From NCBI GenBank assembly GCA_016748015.1, contig JAAOMT010000664.1, positions 194,715 through 258,714 on the forward strand: a DNA stretch of 64,000 nt, in the 5' to 3' direction. The stretch is from Geosiphon pyriformis uo1. Taxonomy: Eukaryota; Fungi; Glomeromycota. The notes beneath the pieces are model-generated. The model saw only the letters and a list, made by a program, of their open reading frames with translations. It had not been told where the DNA came from and made no database searches. Position 1 is the stretch's first letter. Each line of letters starts with the position of its first letter. Below, in pieces: positions 60,037 to 64,000 of the stretch. A program made the translations under genes and the position numbers.

Positions 60037-62920
60037 TCAAAGATTTATCAAATCACCGACCGGTACTTGAACTTGGTTTAACCCAGTTGTCACTGGCATT
60101 TTAACTTTGCGTGAGGCAGCAACAATTGATTCCCGTTTCCTACTTGATCCAAGAAGAAATCCCCTAGTGCCATTTTTTCCTGCTTTTTTTAATATTGATT
60201 GCTCCTCATCCTCCTCAGGTATTGCTTCGTTGATACTGTCACCTGCTTCACTAGCACTTTCATCCCCTGCACTTAAATCTTCTGCTAGAAGATTTCTTTT
60301 CCATTTTTCTTGTTCTTCCATACTAGGTCGCCTTCGCCTTATCCAAGCTGCAGTAGCGGTGCCTCGGTCGCCATCAACACCATTATGGTGCAATATCCAT
60401 TGCGAAGATCGAACAGACAAATTTAAAACCCCTAGATTTTTTGCTCCATCTTTGTCAAAATAGTCGAACGACATGAAAGTTGGAGAATTTGGCTCATCGT
60501 CAAAATCTCCTGGATTAGTTTCATCTGCAGAAGATTCGGATGATGAAAATTCCAAAGGCACATTTCGGGTCCCAGTTGACTGTGATCGTAAACGGAAAAA
60601 TGGATTATTAGAAACCTTTGGTGGAGAGGGATTATTTATTGCTAAATGAGTTGTCTTTTGTTCGTGAACGCTTGATGGTGAAGCAGTTAATGGTGAAGCA
60701 AATTCATCATCACCAAAAGGATTATTTGTATCTTTTATACTTTGACCGCTGTTAGCTTTACTCGATGTTGAAGACAAGGAGGAGGAAGATTGAGTTTTTT
60801 TCATCGAAGGCACGACTAAATAAGAATCACCATCAAGGACAGATTTAATCAGGCTGTGATTTTGGTCAGAATCCAAATGAGAAAAAGAATTGTCCTTATT
60901 TAAAAGAGAGCTTGTAAAAGAAGAGGAGGAGGAAGAACATGCAGAATGATTTGAGGACTGTGTTAAATTTCCAGATTCAGGAATTAATAAATCCTCAAAA
61001 CTTTTGGAGAAATCCCCCGATATATTTGTTTTCCGATATACTTCTGGTGCATCTTTTTCTTTTGCAGCACGCTCACTTTCTTCTTCAGCAATCTCTTGTT
61101 CTTCATTTTGACAACCGCCTCCAAATACGATATCCAAATGCCCAACAAATGCCTTAAATAATATGGAGCCAATTCCCAAGTTGGGGCAAAATATCAAGCC
61201 AAGATTACTCAAGTTCATCTTATTGATTTTACTTTTGTCGTCAATTAGCGCCAGATGTTTACATAATGATCGTAAAAGATAAAAGTGATAAGGAGGCAAA
61301 CGAGATACAATAGGTGCAAGAGCAAGTGGAAGACCTTCTGGAACAGTAGTTGGTGCCGTATAATATGTGGTCGACATTTTTGGCGGAGACCCCGGTAAGA
61401 AGGTTGGCTGTGTTGCCGCGGAAGGCAGCTGACTGTAACGTGCCACACAAGAATTGAACTCCGTAACGAGGGGCTCGGTTAAAATGGGTTGGGGTACTTT
61501 CCAGGCATATTCAAATTAGTTATATTATATTTTTATAATATTTTATTTTTAACCAAGAAAAACAGACTCACTTTCTCTTATGTACATCTTCAACAAGGTG
61601 GCTACTGCGTGTGGATCTTCTGCGGTACTTTGTAAAAAGTTAAGATCAGCACCTTATAATATAGAAAGATAAATATTAATATAATTTTAACCAAATTTTG
61701 CAATCATCTATTTTTATATGTATCTACCTGCATTGAATATGGCACGCATGCGCGCCACTGTTATAGTACTTCCAGGTATCCTGAAAGTTGTCAAAGAGAT
61801 TGAGATCAAAATTAATTATGGGTTAATTCTTATGAAAATTCCAAATATTTTGAAACTGTTAACTTTACCGATATAAACCTACTTCATCGGAGCCTAAAAT
61901 ACAAAATTTTTTTTTTATGTAGAGCAGATTAATTTGAAGGACTTCTTATGAGCTTAGAACCTACCATACATATCCAAGAATTCAAGACACCGAATCATAA
62001 TAGCTGGTAGCCAGTACCTTGCTGGATCTTTGTGTATGCATTTTCTATCTTTATCTACACGAGTTATTCTTACTGCCAATTTTAACGGAGCCCCAAAAAT
62101 ATTTATGTTGGCCAAATATTTTTGTGTCACTGTAGAATGTAATAGAGTATTTGATGGACTATCTAGAGCGATTCAAATTATTTATGAAGAAACAATAAAA
62201 ATATTGTGCTTTAAAGTTTTTATAGAATATGATTATAATTTTGATCAAAATCATTTTCAAATTCACGTACCTTCTTTCTTTTTCTTCCATCGGTCTACAA
62301 CAGCCTCTTTTCCTTTTTTTCCCCAACCAAATCCAGTTTCTTTGGCCATTGAGCCTAACTCGACAGCCATACTTCCCAACTCGGCACCTTTTTCCTCTAC
62401 CACTGCTTTCAGGTCGGATATATTCATATCCATTAAACGGGATTTTTGAAGAGCTATCGCGCCAAGACGTTGAATCTTGGTATAGGTGAGAGATTGTAGA
62501 GAAGCATTAGAACATGTTTGATGTGACTTGTGAAAATTTGTTTTTGGTTGTTACCATTGTAGCTGATGATGATGAAGTTATTGTCATTGTTGTTGTTGTT
62601 GTTGTTGTTGTTGTGGTTATGGGGTTTGATTCTTCATTCCTGATTTTGAGGGATTTTACTGGAGGTTCAAAGTTTGATGCATTATTACTATTATTGACGG
62701 TCCCAGAGACCCGCCTAAAACGACGAATACTCCCGCGAACAGAATTAAATCCACTGTTCATTATATTACCATTATTTGCAGAATTAGACGAATTGTGCCC
62801 AACTCCTTCCCTTGAGCTGGCTGATAATGGTTTTGTCTTAAAAGAAAGACGTCGTCTAAATGGCTTCGGTGGAGGAACTTCTTGTGATTTGGCACTGTTT
62901 TTAGTCTCGAAAGAAGACAT
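60037..62920 (-). CDS. RhoGAP-domain protein, 7 exons (62920-62555, 62475-62271, 62162-61965, 61893-61869, 61780-61728, 61652-61572, 61496-60037), ~795 aa
   Basis: All six introns are GT-AG (71-108 nt) and exon phases add up to 2388 nt. The spliced product has IFGAPL, LPAIMIRCLEFL, arginine finger GLYRIPG, VATLLKMYIREIPQPI and NKMNLSNLGLIFCPNL. Normal CpG content. Confidence 0.88.
62578..62616. repeat. (GTT)n microsatellite encoding poly-Thr in RhoGAP exon 1
   Basis: GTT run read as ACA codons on the minus strand. Confidence 0.9.
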
Positions 62921-64000
62921 TAAGAGAATAAAATCTCAACTGGGTTTTAATCAATATTGTTCTTTTTTTTTTGTGTTTGATATTATAATTAATATGATGA
63001 TGATTATTATTATTATTTAAAAATATTGCAGTTCCAAGGTTTTTTAGGTATAAATTCTGGAGTTTCGCCGATATTATTATACAAACGGAAAATATTCGTC
63101 GTTTAATAAACAAAAAATTCTACACGGGAAGATTTATCTTGTTTAAAAAAAGGGAAAAAGAATGATTAAAACTCCACGAGTTATTTAAATAGATGTAGAA
63201 GAGTTCTTTTAGATTATTGTTTTCTTTTAACAAAGAAATTTTGAGGTTGATTAAAGAAAAACTAAGAAAGACAGTGGGTAAAACTTTTTGAAAAAGGCAA
63301 GAAAAAAGAGTCCTTTCAAGACATTAAAAGACAAGTAAAAAAATTTCACGCAACACTGGGCGTTGTTAACTTTTCGTTCGTTTTTTGTTTAAAAAAAACC
63401 CACTTTCAAAAGTAAAAGATAAATAGAAGTAGGATAATAGTTACAACAGAAATTGAGCAACAGACAGGTAAAGTTTTATTTCAAATAATAATTTCCTACT
63501 TGATGACGTTGCTTCATTTAAAAGTAACCCAAAAGATCCCTTGAATGACTCGTTTATCAACCCTGTGAAGTCGTATATATATATAATGACGGAAAGGGAA
63601 GCAATGATTATACAATATACAATGAAGATGCTGCTACTAACTGCTGCTGATCATGATGTGCAGGAACAGGTTGGGCGGGTAAAAAAACGAAAAAAAAATT
63701 GATTCATAAGAAAACTGGTGCTCAGGAAAGCTCTGTTTCAAATCTTTTTAAATCATTCAACGAACGAGCTAAGAAATGGATTATTTTTCATGATATAAAA
63801 TATACTTTCAACCGGTCTTCTAGTCTTATTGAGATTGGGTTAAAACATTAATAATTCTTTCTAATTCGAATAGAGGTCCCTGCCTATCATTAATCAGTAC
63901 AGACAAATCAGCCTAAAGTCATATATTTGAACAGGTTTTTTCCCCTTAAAAAAAAAACACGGAATCCGTTGTAATGAGACCATCTTATTATTCCTTGTTA

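Noticed and set aside
62030-63020. Plus-strand ORFs 62030, 62229, 62514
   Set aside because: Antisense to well-supported RhoGAP exons and the GTT microsatellite.

Overview
Eukaryotic, AT-rich fungal DNA. The repeat families and gene style resemble Glomeromycotina, and to my recollection Geosiphon pyriformis; I could not verify this by search. About 57 kb (1-57500) is a nest of mostly decayed retroelements. It holds three families of non-chromoviral Ty3/Gypsy-type LTR elements (A: four copies plus a solo LTR; B: one full-length copy with both LTRs and TSD; C: one 3'-truncated copy plus a related solo LTR), three LINE (APE-RT-RNaseH) pieces, and five copies of a poly(A)-tailed element that encodes only a LINE-ORF1-like protein. 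An assembly gap lies at 42574-42978. An extremely AT-rich stretch (57540-59100) separates the nest from an intact 7-exon host RhoGAP gene (62920->60037). The most unusual signal is the LTR elements' gene architecture. (i) In all three families RT-RNaseH ends in a stop codon, and integrase is a separate cistron behind a ~60-nt G-poor spacer. (ii) A non-env ~218-aa accessory ORF follows integrase and overlaps the PPT/3' LTR (A) or runs up to it (B). (iii) Families B and C carry a Cys-rich domain plus a dUTPase between protease and RT, and have a candidate intron spanning the LTR end and PBS. (iv) Family A has an in-phase UUUAAAC -1 frameshift site. The ORF1-only retroposon (HAL1-like, 16-bp TSD) is the second major observation.
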